From assembly GCF_000008665.1 (NCBI RefSeq), contig NC_000917.1, positions 1,680,001 to 1,712,000 of the forward strand: a stretch of DNA of 32,000 nt. The letters run 5' to 3'. The translations under genes were made by a program, and so were the position numbers. This document shows, piece after piece, positions 10,930 through 28,349 of this stretch. Each line of letters opens with the position of its first letter. Position 1 is the stretch's first letter. The notes under the pieces are model-generated. The model did no database searches and was not told the origin of the DNA. It worked only from the letters and a program-made list of their open reading frames with translations. The DNA comes from Archaeoglobus fulgidus DSM 4304 (lineage in GTDB: Archaea > Halobacteriota > Archaeoglobi > Archaeoglobales > Archaeoglobaceae).

Positions 10930-11453
10930 GTAAGAAAGGGAGGCTCCTGAAAATGGAGATTGAAAGCTATTCTCCAAATAAAATTATATAACGCATTAAC
11001 ATCAATAAGAAAGGGAGGCTCCTGAAAATGGAGATTGAAAGCAGGAGGGACCGGAAACACACGGTTGAAGGGGAACGCGTAAGAAAGGGAGGCTCCTGAA
11101 AATGGAGATTGAAAGTCTATAACTCCTATACGGTCAACATTGTAACCTGGGTTGTAAGAAAGGGAGGCTCCTGAAAATGGAGATTGAAAGTCTCGCTTGC
11201 CCTGATGAAATCGGATGGCTTTGCGTCCAGTAAGAAAGGGAGGCTCCTGAAAATGGAGATTGAAAGATCTTTTGCACTTCCTCCTTAACCTTCTTAATCT
11301 CCGTAAGAAAGGGAGGCTCCTGAAAATGGAGATTGAAAGGCTCTGCAGGGCCAGGGTAAGACAATTGCTGACATAATTGTAAGAAAGGGAGGCTCCTGAA
11401 AATGGAGATTGAAAGCTTCAGGTAACCCCTGAACTAAGACCTACTCGGACAGG

Positions 11454-11490
11454 ATTAAGCTGCCGTATTCCTGAAAATGGAGATTGAAAG
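11454..11490 (+). repeat. Degenerate internal CRISPR repeat (3' 22 nt intact, 5' 15 nt replaced)
   Basis: Sequence attaagctgccgtatTCCTGAAAATGGAGATTGAAAG versus consensus. Confidence 0.85.
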
Positions 11491-14144
11491 CTTCAGGTAA
11501 CCCCTGCACAATTTCGGCCTTTTTCTGTAAGAAAGGGAGGCTCCTGAAAATGGAGATTGAAAGGTCTAACAGGCACAGGAGAACACATTGCACCCTTGCA
11601 AGTAAGAAAGGGAGGCTCCTGAAAATGGAGATTGAAAGCCTTCAATATCACTGTCCAGTTTCTTGAAGCACACTGGGGTAAGAAAGGGAGGCTCCTGAAA
11701 ATGGAGATTGAAAGATGTCAACATGTTCATGCCTGCTTCAAAGCCGGATTTGGGTAAGAAAGGGAGGCTCCTGAAAATGGAGATTGAAAGTTTGGACTAT
11801 TTCGCCGCAATCTGCACAGACTACTTCGTAAGAAAGGGAGGCTCCTGAAAATGGAGATTGAAAGGTCTCGCTCAGGTCGGTTAAGGCATCGTTCATCTCC
11901 TAAGAAAGGGAGGCTCCTGAAAATGGAGATTGAAAGAACGTCGTGCTGAACTTAGGAATAGTGATGTCCAACTATCTGTAAGAAAGGGAGGCTCCTGAAA
12001 ATGGAGATTGAAAGGAAATCGCTGTATTCATTTGGTTTTTTGAATTGGAAAGTAAGAAAGGGAGGCTCCTGAAAATGGAGATTGAAAGAAATCTACACCG
12101 TTTATTTTAACCGCCTTCATAACAAGTAAGAAAGGGAGGCTCCTGAAAATGGAGATTGAAAGCAAGCTGTTCTGGTGGCAACGATGCGAGTAAATTCTGT
12201 AAGAAAGGGAGGCTCCTGAAAATGGAGATTGAAAGATATACTCCTTACCCCCTATCTTCTTGCTTGAAATTGCGTAAGAAAGGGAGGCTCCTGAAAATGG
12301 AGATTGAAAGTCATCCTCTCGTACAGCGTCCTCGTTGAAATGCCGAGAGTAAGAAAGGGAGGCTCCTGAAAATGGAGATTGAAAGTCCCTCTCCCCACTC
12401 TCCATATCCTCGATAACGCTGAGGTAAGAAAGGGAGGCTCCTGAAAATGGAGATTGAAAGATTATCAGAGGTGTTGTAATCAAGGACGAGGAGCTGGATG
12501 TAAGAAAGGGAGGCTCCTGAAAATGGAGATTGAAAGATATCAGCTCTTTTGTGAACTCATCCGTATAGTATGTGTAAGAAAGGGAGGCTCCTGAAAATGG
12601 AGATTGAAAGAATATCTGATTTATCAGGGCGATGCTTATCTCGGAGAAGTAAGAAAGGGAGGCTCCTGAAAATGGAGATTGAAAGAACTGATACCACAAC
12701 TGGTGCACCAACTGAGGTTGCCGCGTAAGAAAGGGAGGCTCCTGAAAATGGAGATTGAAAGCAGTAAACATTGACGGCCAAATTTATCAGGGAGACGTGT
12801 AAGAAAGGGAGGCTCCTGAAAATGGAGATTGAAAGATAAATTCCTGATACATATTATTTGAATCAGAACCCACGTAAGAAAGGGAGGCTCCTGAAAATGG
12901 AGATTGAAAGATTTTATCTGCATCTCCACACTACCTCTGCAGGAAGCTGTAAGAAAGGGAGGCTCCTGAAAATGGAGATTGAAAGCAATAATCTCATCAT
13001 TGCCTGGAATTTCCGAAGTTAGGGGTAAGAAAGGGAGGCTCCTGAAAATGGAGATTGAAAGTGCAGCCACCAAGTTTGGTGACTTGGCAACCATCTTGTA
13101 AGAAAGGGAGGCTCCTGAAAATGGAGATTGAAAGGATACATGCAAAATATCTTGAGTGAGGTGGTTTGATGGGTAAGAAAGGGAGGCTCCTGAAAATGGA
13201 GATTGAAAGAATGCATCAGATTCATACTCAAGAACCTTCTTAACAAGTAAGAAAGGGAGGCTCCTGAAAATGGAGATTGAAAGATATTTTCGTATCCTTG
13301 AGAGTATCAGCGATCGATTCGGTAAGAAAGGGAGGCTCCTGAAAATGGAGATTGAAAGTCATATCACCTGATGAAATTCATCCTTTTCCTTTAGTAAGAA
13401 AGGGAGGCTCCTGAAAATGGAGATTGAAAGAATCACGACCCATTCATATCACCTCTTCTCCAAACCAAGTAAGAAAGGGAGGCTCCTGAAAATGGAGATT
13501 GAAAGTAAATGCTTTCTCACTTCCCTCTTTCTCATATATCTCTGTAAGAAAGGGAGGCTCCTGAAAATGGAGATTGAAAGGAGCTATCAGCAGATGGGCG
13601 AGAGTTTAGGCGGCTTGTAAGAAAGGGAGGCTCCTGAAAATGGAGATTGAAAGTGCAAAATAGGGGTGGTAGTAATGCGGTATAATTTCAGCGTAAGAAA
13701 GGGAGGCTCCTGAAAATGGAGATTGAAAGATGCAAAAGAGAAGTTCGGGTAGTGGTAGTGGGGAAGGGTAAGAAAGGGAGGCTCCTGAAAATGGAGATTG
13801 AAAGGTTGCTTGGCCTGCCATCTGAGTCATATGCCCCATCCGTAAGAAAGGGAGGCTCCTGAAAATGGAGATTGAAAGATGTCGTTGAACTGGGCTTGGA
13901 TTTCTCTTATAATCGGGTAAGAAAGGGAGGCTCCTGAAAATGGAGATTGAAAGCCCTCGAAGCGGGCCTGCTGCTTGAACCTTACGGTTGTGTAAGAAAG
14001 GGAGGCTCCTGAAAATGGAGATTGAAAGACTGCAGGGGTGTGGACACAAGTGGACCGCAACAGAGGTGTAAGAAAGGGAGGCTCCTGAAAATGGAGATTG
14101 AAAGCAAGTCTTCGATTTCGCCTGCGACTTGTTCAACATCCTCT

Positions 14145-14181
14145 GTAAGAATGGAAGTCTCCTGAAAATGGAGATCGTGAG
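14145..14181 (+). repeat. Terminal degenerate CRISPR repeat (leader-distal end)
   Basis: gtaagaatggaagtctcctgaaaatggagatcgtgag, 6 mismatches to consensus. No further repeats follow. Confidence 0.9.
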
Positions 14182-14355
14182 AACTTCATAAAACAGCACC
14201 ATTCCATGTATCCTAAATAGTAAATGCTACACGGGCTACCGGAAAGGCGTTTTGAGCGGTTGTGGTGAGAATTCTGCATCACACCTGTAAAAACTTCAAC
14301 AGCGGGCAGTGCTGTGCCCTAACTGAAAATACATGAAGTTTAAAATTATCAGGAA

Positions 14356-14428
14356 AGCCGCCGGCGGGATTTGAACCCGCGACCTGGTGATTACAAGTCA
14401 CCCGCTCTGCCAGCTGAGCCACGGCGGC
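14356..14428 (-). tRNA. tRNA-Thr (TGT)
   Basis: Reverse complement GCCGCCGTGGCTCAGCTGGCAGAGCGGGTGACTTGTAATCACCAGGTCGCGGGTTCAAATCCCGCCGGCGGCT folds as a cloverleaf: GCCGCCG/CGGCGGC acceptor stem, anticodon loop CTTGTAA, T-arm GGTTCAAATCC. Confidence 0.96.
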
Positions 14429-14463
14429 AGCATGGGGTGATTGAGGCGAAGAGTTAATTAATT

Positions 14464-15219
14464 TTACTCCACGGTGCTCCTCTCGAATGAGACCATCGCC
14501 ACGTACAGCATCAACGCTGTGAGTGACAGAAGTATCAGCAGGCTTTGGTCTAAGGGGAAAATCCCGCTGACTCCCGTAAGCAGAACTCTCGAAGATTCTA
14601 CGGCGTACGTTAGAGGATTTAGGAGAGCCAAGACCTTCATCCAGGCGGGCATGAAGGCGATGGGGTAAATCGCCCCACTGAGGAATATCAGGGGGAGCAT
14701 CACGAGAGCCATTATCATCTGAAATCCCTCCATGCTCCTCATCCTGGCTGCGATGCTGACCCCGAAGCTGGAGAACGCTACCGCAAGAACAAAACCTACT
14801 CCGAGAGCGGGAATCACACCGAATATGTTTATCCTTGCAATGAAAAAGGTGAGAGCTAGTATTATCGCTCCCTGAAGTGTGGCGACCGCCGAATCGCCAA
14901 AAATTCTGCCTGCTATCGTCTCCTTTCTCGATGCGGGAGCTACAAGCACCTCCTTGAGAAACCCAAACTCTCTATCCCATATCACGCTTATTCCGCTAAC
15001 GAAGCTCTGGTTGAAAACGGTCATGGCAAATATGCCAGGAGAAAGGTAGGTGAGGTAGTCAACGCCTCCGAAAATGCTCGGGTCTCTGAAAGCTCGGCTC
15101 CACCCGATGCCGAAGAACGTTAGCCAGACAAGGGGGTTTATAATCATCCCAGCCACCCTCGACCTCGCCCTCAAAAATCGCTTTATCTGCCTGTAAACCA
15201 TGATTTCAAACGCTCTCAT
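14464..15219 (-). CDS. ABC-2 type transporter permease
   Basis: 251-aa hydrophobic protein with FGIGWSRAF...YLSPGIFAMTVFNQSFVSGISVIWDREFGFLKEVLVAPASRKETIAGRI, characteristic of ABC-2 permeases. Follows the ATPase gene. Confidence 0.88.
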   Translation of the reverse strand: MRAFEIMVYRQIKRFLRARSRVAGMIINPLVWLTFFGIGWSRAFRDPSIFGGVDYLTYLSPGIFAMTVFNQSFVSGISVIWDREFGFLKEVLVAPASRKETIAGRIFGDSAVATLQGAIILALTFFIARINIFGVIPALGVGFVLAVAFSSFGVSIAARMRSMEGFQMIMALVMLPLIFLSGAIYPIAFMPAWMKVLALLNPLTYAVESSRVLLTGVSGIFPLDQSLLILLSLTALMLYVAMVSFERSTVE

Positions 15220-15221
15220 CT

Positions 15222-16190
15222 TTATCTCCTCATTCTAGCCCTGATAATCGCTTTTCTCAGCTCACCACCCTCATCCCTTATTTCCCTTCCCGTGAGGTGG
15301 AGAAACACATCGTTGAGCGTGGGTCTGTGGTATGTAACCTCCAAAATCCTGACGCCCTTCTCTCTTGCAATCTCGAAAATTTTTGGTATCGCCTCGCTCG
15401 CGTTGGAGACGTCTATTCTGATTCTTCCATCCGGCAAAACGACGCAGTTGCCCAAACCCGTCTCAAAGCACTCCGCCCCGTTTTCCACTTTAAGGTAAAC
15501 AACATCGCTCCCCACGAGCCTTTTAAGCTCCTCAACGCTTCCCTCCGCAATAATTCTCCCGTGGTCGATTATAGCAACTCTGTCCGCAAGCTTCTCAGCC
15601 TCCTCCATGTAGTGGGTTGTGAGAAATATCGTCATGTCCTGCTCCTCCTTCATGGCCTCAATGTAGCTCCAGACGTGAGCTCTTGTTTGCGGGTCTAAGC
15701 CAATAGTCGGCTCATCGAGGAAGAGCACTTCGGGATGGTGCAGCAGAGACCTCGCTATCTCCAGCCTTCTCTGCATCCCCCCGCTGAAGTACTTGACGAG
15801 CTTATCTCTGAACTCCCAGAGCTCAACGAACTTCAAGAGCCTCTCTATTTTCTCCTTAAGCTCCTTTCCCTTCAATCCGTAAACGCCACCATGAACCAGC
15901 ATGTTCTCGTATGCTGTCAAATCTCTGTCAACGCTTGGGTCCTGAAAGACTATTCCTATTCTCCTCCTCACCTCCCTTGCCTCCCTCACCACATCAAGGC
16001 CTGCGACAAAAGCTTTCCCCGAGGTGGGCTTGAGCAGTGTTGTGAGAATGTGAACCGTCGTTGTTTTCCCAGCCCCGTTGGGGCCGAGAAAAGCGAAGAT
16101 TTCACCCCTTTTAACCTTGAAGCTTACACCCCTAACAGCTTCAAAATCCCCGAACTTTTTCACCAGATTCTCCACTTCAATGGCGTACAT
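15222..16190 (-). CDS. ABC transporter ATP-binding protein (export/DrrA-like); start at MYAIEVENL (16190) favoured over the ORF-track start at 16418
   Basis: Walker A GPNGAGKTT, signature YSGGMQRRLEIARSLLHHPEVLFLDEPTIGLDPQTR. The longer ORF would run through the tRNA-Lys gene on the opposite strand. Confidence 0.93.
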   Translation of the reverse strand: MYAIEVENLVKKFGDFEAVRGVSFKVKRGEIFAFLGPNGAGKTTTVHILTTLLKPTSGKAFVAGLDVVREAREVRRRIGIVFQDPSVDRDLTAYENMLVHGGVYGLKGKELKEKIERLLKFVELWEFRDKLVKYFSGGMQRRLEIARSLLHHPEVLFLDEPTIGLDPQTRAHVWSYIEAMKEEQDMTIFLTTHYMEEAEKLADRVAIIDHGRIIAEGSVEELKRLVGSDVVYLKVENGAECFETGLGNCVVLPDGRIRIDVSNASEAIPKIFEIAREKGVRILEVTYHRPTLNDVFLHLTGREIRDEGGELRKAIIRARMRR

Positions 16191-16295
16191 GCCTTTTCCC
16201 CGCAAATCTCGAATGCACCGATAAATATATCTGTCCTTTGCTTGTATCTTTAGAGCACGAAAAAGATTTAAATCCTCACCATCGCTAATGGATGA

Positions 16296-16369
16296 GGGCT
16301 CGTAGCTCAGCCAGGCAGAGCGACGGGCTTTTAACCCGTCGGTCGCGGGTTCAAATCCCGTCGAGCCCG
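16296..16369 (+). tRNA. tRNA-Lys (TTT)
   Basis: GGGCTCGTAGCTCAGCCAGGCAGAGCGACGGGCTTTTAACCCGTCGGTCGCGGGTTCAAATCCCGTCGAGCCCG. Cloverleaf with anticodon loop CTTTTAA. BoxA-like GATTTAAAT upstream at about 16265. Confidence 0.96.
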
Positions 16370-16392
16370 TATTTAAAAATAGGAGGATCAAC

Positions 16393-16623
16393 ATGAAGTT
16401 CAAGCTGCAGGACCACATGCTCGTTCCGAAGCATGAAGTTTTGAGTAAAGAGGAGGCAGAAGAGCTTTTGAAGATACTGGGAATCGGGAAAGAGCAGCTT
16501 CCGAAAATTAAGGCAGACGATCCAATAGCAAAGGAGATCGGAGCAAAACCCGGGGATATTGTAAAAATAACAAGGAAAAGTTTAACTGCAGGGGAGAGTG
16601 TTTTTTACAGATTGGTTGTATGA
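16393..16623 (+). CDS. rpoH: DNA-directed RNA polymerase subunit H
   Basis: 76 aa, [21 protein letters not shown]...[28 protein letters not shown], canonical RpoH. AGGAGG RBS upstream. Confidence 0.95.
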   Translation: MKFKLQDHMLVPKHEVLSKEEAEELLKILGIGKEQLPKIKADDPIAKEIGAKPGDIVKITRKSLTAGESVFYRLVV

Positions 16624-16655
16624 TGAAATCTGCAAAAAGAGAAAGGTGAGATGAC

Positions 16656-20009
<3,354 letters not shown>

Positions 20010-20020
20010 GGTGAAATGAG

Positions 20021-24020
<4,000 letters not shown>

Positions 24021-24035
24021 CTTCGGGGGTTCATC

Positions 24036-24455
24036 ATGGGAGTAAAGCTATCAGCAGACGGTATCAGATATCTCACTCTTTTTGAGAATCTTACAGGAGC
24101 GAGCGTCAAGGACTGTCTTGTTTACGATGACAAGGTCGTCTTCGTTGTTAGAAGGGGGCACATGGGTGTTGCGATTGGCAAGGGAGGAATCAACGTCGAG
24201 AGAGCGAGAGAGCTCATAGGCAAGCGAATTGAAATTATCGAGCACTCAGAAGACCCAGCAGAGTTTATTGCCAATATTTTTAAACCCATTAAGGTTAATG
24301 TCAAATTAATGGAGAAAGAAGGTTCAAAAATAGCAGTAGTGAGTGTCAGTCCAGATTTAAAAGGAATAGTGATTGGAAAAGGAGGTAAAAACATTAATAA
24401 AGCCAAAGAACTGGCTAAGAGGCATCACGATATTGAAGACGTGATAGTAAGGTGA
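24036..24455 (+). CDS. nusA: NusA-like KH-domain transcription factor
   Basis: 139 aa with two KH GxxG motifs ([32 protein letters not shown]). Conserved position. Confidence 0.92.
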   Translation: MGVKLSADGIRYLTLFENLTGASVKDCLVYDDKVVFVVRRGHMGVAIGKGGINVERARELIGKRIEIIEHSEDPAEFIANIFKPIKVNVKLMEKEGSKIAVVSVSPDLKGIVIGKGGKNINKAKELAKRHHDIEDVIVR

Positions 24456-24889
24456 TGGATATGGGTAGAGGATTATTCGCTGCGAGAAAGCTCATGGAAA
24501 ACAGGAAGAAGTTCAGGTGGAGCGACAGGAGATTCGTCAGAAGGACTCTTGGTTTAGCTGCCAAAGCAGACCCGCTTGAGGGAGCACCGATGGCGAGGGG
24601 AATTGTGCTGGAGAAGATCGGTATCGAGGCGAGACAGCCGAACTCAGCCATCAGGAAGGCTGTCAGAGTGCAGCTAATCAAGAACGGCAGGCAGATTACA
24701 GCCTTCTGCCCCGGAGATGGTGCTATCAACTTCATCGACGAGCACGATGAGGTCATTGTGGAGAAAATCGGAGGAAGGATGGGCAGAAGCATGGGAGATA
24801 TTCCGGGAGTGAGGTACAAGGTTGTCAAGGTGAACAACACCAGCCTCAGGGAGCTTGTGAGGGGCAGGAAAGAGAAGAGGCTGAGGTGA
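24452..24889 (+). CDS. rps12: Ribosomal protein S12
   Basis: 145 aa, [52 protein letters not shown]. Confidence 0.97.
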   Translation: MMDMGRGLFAARKLMENRKKFRWSDRRFVRRTLGLAAKADPLEGAPMARGIVLEKIGIEARQPNSAIRKAVRVQLIKNGRQITAFCPGDGAINFIDEHDEVIVEKIGGRMGRSMGDIPGVRYKVVKVNNTSLRELVRGRKEKRLR

Positions 24890-24893
24890 AGGC

Positions 24894-25478
24894 ATGAAAT
24901 ACGGTTTTACAAAGGAGGAGCTGCTGGTTTTTGGCAAGTATGATCCAAGCGAGGTTCAAATCAGCGATCCAGCACTGGAGAGCTACATCTGCCTTGAGCC
25001 GAAGTACGTGCCGCACAACCACGGAAGGCATGCCAACGTCCCATTTGCGAAGCAGAAGGTGTTCATTGTCGAGAGGCTGATAAACAAGGTCATGAGGAAG
25101 GGCCACAACACGGGGAAGAAGATTCTCGCCTACAACATAGTTAAGGAGGCTTTCGAGATTATTGAGAAGAAGACAAAGAAGAATCCCATTCAGGTTCTCG
25201 TTGATGCGATTATCAATGCAGGGCCGAGGGAAGAGGTTGTAAGGCTGAAGTACGGTGGTATTGCCGTTCCCAAGGCCGTTGACACCTCAAGCTCAAGGAG
25301 AGTTGATATAGCTCTCAGAAACATTGCAGAGGGTGCGAGGAGGGCTGCATTTAAATCAAAGAGAAGCATCGCTCAGTGTTTGGCGGATGAGATTATTGCT
25401 GCCGCAAACAACGAGAGCAGGAGTTTTGCAGTGGCGAAGAAAGAGGAAGTTGAGAGAGTCGCCAAGTCAGCGAGGTGA
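24894..25478 (+). CDS. rps7: Ribosomal protein S7
   Basis: 194 aa, [52 protein letters not shown]...[20 protein letters not shown]. Confidence 0.97.
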   Translation: MKYGFTKEELLVFGKYDPSEVQISDPALESYICLEPKYVPHNHGRHANVPFAKQKVFIVERLINKVMRKGHNTGKKILAYNIVKEAFEIIEKKTKKNPIQVLVDAIINAGPREEVVRLKYGGIAVPKAVDTSSSRRVDIALRNIAEGARRAAFKSKRSIAQCLADEIIAAANNESRSFAVAKKEEVERVAKSAR

Positions 25479-25483
25479 TTTTA

Positions 25484-27670
25484 ATGGCCAGAGCGAAGAA
25501 AGTCGACAAGATTAAGGAGTTAATGTGGAAACCGAAGTTCATAAGAAACATTGGAATTGTCGCTCACATCGACCATGGAAAAACAACGTTGAGCGACAAC
25601 CTTCTTGCCGGAGCCGGAATGATCAGCGAGGAGCTTGCGGGACAGCAGCTCTATCTCGACTTCGATGAGCAGGAGCAGGAGAGGGGAATTACCATAAATG
25701 CTGCGAACGTTTCTATGGTTCACGAGTACGAGGGGCAGGACTACCTCATCAACCTCATTGACACTCCCGGACATGTGGACTTCGGAGGAGACGTTACGAG
25801 GGCGATGAGAGCTGTTGATGGTGTCATCGTTGTTGTTGATGCTGTTGAGGGTGTAATGCCGCAAACTGAGACAGTTCTTAGGCAGGCTTTGAAGGAGAAC
25901 GTCAAGCCGGTTCTCTTCGTCAACAAGGTTGACAGGCTTATCAAGGAGCTTGAGCTAACGCCGCAGCAGATGCAGGAGAGGCTTATTAAAGTAATTACTG
26001 AAGTCAACAAGCTCATCAAGGCAATGAGGCCCGACAAGTACTCGGAATGGAAGATTGACGTTGCCAACGGAAGCGCAGCTTTCGGCTCAGCGCTCTACAA
26101 CTGGGCTGTAAGTGTGCCATCTCAGAAGAAGACCGGAATAGGTTTTAAGGAAGTTTACGAGCACATTAAAGAGGGCAAGGTTAAGGAGCTCGCCAAGAAG
26201 AGCCCCCTTTATCAGGTTGTCCTCGACATGGTCATAAGGCACCTTCCCTCCCCAATTGAGGCTCAGAAGGAGAGAATAGCCGTTATCTGGAAGGGAGACA
26301 TTAACAGCGAAGTGGGCAAGGCGATGGTAAACTGCGACCCCAAAGGGCCGGTTGCGTTGATGATTACCAAAATCGTTGTCGAGCCGCAGGCAGGCGAGAT
26401 TGCGGTTGGGAGGCTTTACAGCGGAACAATAAGGCCGGGAATGGAGCTTTACATAGTCGACAGAAAGGCAAAGAACAGAATCCAGACGGTCGGTCTCTAC
26501 ATGGGGCCGAGGAGGGTTGAGGTTGATGAAATCCCCGCGGGAAACATTGTTGCGGTGATTGGCTTGAAGGATGCTGTTGCAGGTTCAACCTGCACAACGG
26601 TTGAAAATCTAACGCCCTTCGAGAGCATCAAGCACTACAGCGAGCCCGTTGTTACGATGGCCATTGAGGCCAAGAACCCGAGGGACCTGCCGAAGCTCAT
26701 TGAGGTGCTTAGAAAGCTCGCGAAGGAAGACCCAACGCTTCACATCACGCTTAATGAGGAGACGGGAGAGCACCTCATAAGCGGTATGGGAGAGCTTCAT
26801 CTCGAAGTCAAGGTTGAGAAGATCAGAAGGGACTACAAGCTTGATGTTATCACCTCCCCGCCAATTGTCGTCTTCAGGGAGACTGTTACCGGCACCTCCC
26901 CTGTTGTGGAGGGCAAGTCGCCGAACAAGCACAACAGGTTCTACATTGTTGTCGAACCCTTGCCGGAGAAGGTAATTCAGATGTTCAAAGAGGGCGTAGT
27001 TGACATGAAAATGGACAAGAAAGAGAGAAGGAGACTTCTCCAAGAAGCTGGACTCACAAGCGAAGAAGCTGCCGGAGCGGAGGAGTACTACGAAGGGAAT
27101 CTCTTCTGCGACGTCACGAAGGGTATTCAGTACCTCAATGAGACTATGGAGCTGATTCTTGAGGGATTCAGAGAGGCGATGAGAGCGGGGCCAATTGCAA
27201 GGGAGCCGTGCATGGGCATAAAGGTAAAGCTGGTTGACTGTAAGCTCCACGAGGATGCTGTTCACAGGGGGCCAGCACAGGTAATTCCAGCGGTGAGGTC
27301 GGCAATCTTTGCCGCAATACTGCAGGCAAAGCCAGCGCTACTCGAACCGTACCAGAAGATATTCATTACAGTCCCGCAGGACATGATGGGTGCTGTGACG
27401 AGAGAAATCCAGGGTAGAAGAGGCCAGATACTCGAAATGAAAACCGAAGGAGACATGGTAACGATAATCGCAAAGGCACCGGTTAAAGAGATGTTCGGAT
27501 TTGCCGGGGCTATAAGAGGGGCTACTTCAGGAAAGGCCATCTGGAGCACAGAGCACGCGGGATTCGAACTCGTCCCACAGAACCTCTTCCAGGAATTCGT
27601 AATGGAGGTCAGGAAGAGAAAAGGACTGAAACTTGAAATGCCAAAGCCCGAAGATTTTGTTGGGCTCTAA
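25484..27670 (+). CDS. fusA: Translation elongation factor EF-2; the ATG at 25484 ([14 protein letters not shown]) is favoured over 25475
   Basis: GTPase motifs [23 protein letters not shown]; diphthamide-loop-like region [21 protein letters not shown]. Confidence 0.97.
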   Translation: MARAKKVDKIKELMWKPKFIRNIGIVAHIDHGKTTLSDNLLAGAGMISEELAGQQLYLDFDEQEQERGITINAANVSMVHEYEGQDYLINLIDTPGHVDFGGDVTRAMRAVDGVIVVVDAVEGVMPQTETVLRQALKENVKPVLFVNKVDRLIKELELTPQQMQERLIKVITEVNKLIKAMRPDKYSEWKIDVANGSAAFGSALYNWAVSVPSQKKTGIGFKEVYEHIKEGKVKELAKKSPLYQVVLDMVIRHLPSPIEAQKERIAVIWKGDINSEVGKAMVNCDPKGPVALMITKIVVEPQAGEIAVGRLYSGTIRPGMELYIVDRKAKNRIQTVGLYMGPRRVEVDEIPAGNIVAVIGLKDAVAGSTCTTVENLTPFESIKHYSEPVVTMAIEAKNPRDLPKLIEVLRKLAKEDPTLHITLNEETGEHLISGMGELHLEVKVEKIRRDYKLDVITSPPIVVFRETVTGTSPVVEGKSPNKHNRFYIVVEPLPEKVIQMFKEGVVDMKMDKKERRRLLQEAGLTSEEAAGAEEYYEGNLFCDVTKGIQYLNETMELILEGFREAMRAGPIAREPCMGIKVKLVDCKLHEDAVHRGPAQVIPAVRSAIFAAILQAKPALLEPYQKIFITVPQDMMGAVTREIQGRRGQILEMKTEGDMVTIIAKAPVKEMFGFAGAIRGATSGKAIWSTEHAGFELVPQNLFQEFVMEVRKRKGLKLEMPKPEDFVGL

Positions 27671-27686
27671 TTTTTTCTTTTAACAC

Positions 27687-28316
27687 ATGCAGGAACTTGA
27701 GCCCGTTGACAGGTTTAACTTTGCCTGTTATCCCGGCATAAAGTGCTTTAACGAGTGCTGTAAGAATCTAAACCTCGCTTTAACACCCTACGACGTTCTC
27801 AGAATGGCGAGGGGGCTGAAGATTACAACAACGGAGTTCCTCGAAAAGTACACGTCAAGACATGTGGGGATGGCAACCGGGCTTCCCGTTGTCGTGCTGA
27901 GGATGGTGGATGAAAGGTGTCCCTTTGTGACCGAAAGAGGATGCAGCATCTACGCCCATCGCCCCACACCGTGCAGACTCTACCCCCTCGCAAGGGTCAG
28001 AGTTGGCGAAGAAATCCAGTACTACCTGCTGAGAGAGGATTTCTGCCTTGGGCATGCGGAAGAAAGAGAGTGGAGCCCGGAAAAGTGGGTTGAGGATCAG
28101 GGAGCGATGGAGTACAACAGCATGAACGACCTATTCTTCGAGCTGGTTTCGGCAAAAAACAGATCGGGAAGGACGCTGAGTGAAAGTGAAATCGAAGAAA
28201 TATACAAAGCCTGCTTCGACGTTGACAGGTTCAAGAGCGAAACGGAGATTGAGGACGACATAGAAGCGCTGAAAGAAGGAATTCGCTACTCCATAGATTT
28301 GGTTCTCTCACTTTAA
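27687..28316 (+). CDS. YkgJ/UPF0153-like protein with a conserved cysteine cluster (putative metal binding)
   Basis: 209 aa, FACYPGIKCFNECCKNLNLALTPYDVLRMARGL...CPFVTERGCSIYAHRPTPCRLYPLARV...FCLGHAEE. Confidence 0.8.
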   Translation: MQELEPVDRFNFACYPGIKCFNECCKNLNLALTPYDVLRMARGLKITTTEFLEKYTSRHVGMATGLPVVVLRMVDERCPFVTERGCSIYAHRPTPCRLYPLARVRVGEEIQYYLLREDFCLGHAEEREWSPEKWVEDQGAMEYNSMNDLFFELVSAKNRSGRTLSESEIEEIYKACFDVDRFKSETEIEDDIEALKEGIRYSIDLVLSL

Positions 28317-28349
28317 AAAAGGTTAAATACTTCCCTCCTTATTCCCCCT

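Larger units (their letters stand above)
10930..14181 (+). CRISPR. CRISPR array: 44 repeats of 37 nt (42 near-identical, 2 degenerate), 43 spacers; consensus GTAAGAAAGGGAGGCTCCTGAAAATGGAGATTGAAAG
   Basis: Hand-enumerated repeat starts: 10930, 11005, 11079, 11154, 11230, 11303, 11379, 11454 (degenerate) ... 14068, 14145 (degenerate). Period 72-78 nt. Internal CTCC-TGAAAAT-GGAG stem. The 3' end ATTGAAAG is typical of archaeal crRNA 5' handles. Confidence 0.98.

Noticed and set aside
12028-14202. Long reading frames across the array (e.g. the 247-aa and 198-aa minus-strand ORFs with repeated SPFSGASLSY, FNLHFQEPPFLT or ISIFRSLPFL)
   Set aside because: They are translations of the CRISPR repeat. 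The 37-nt repeat plus a spacer of about 38 nt gives a unit near 75 nt, so the frame can stay open by chance. There is no protein family signal.
16191-16418. N-terminal extension of the ABC ATPase ORF ([30 protein letters not shown]...)
   Set aside because: The extension is the reverse complement of the tRNA-Lys gene and its upstream region. The genuine ABC start MYAIEVENLVKKF is at 16190.
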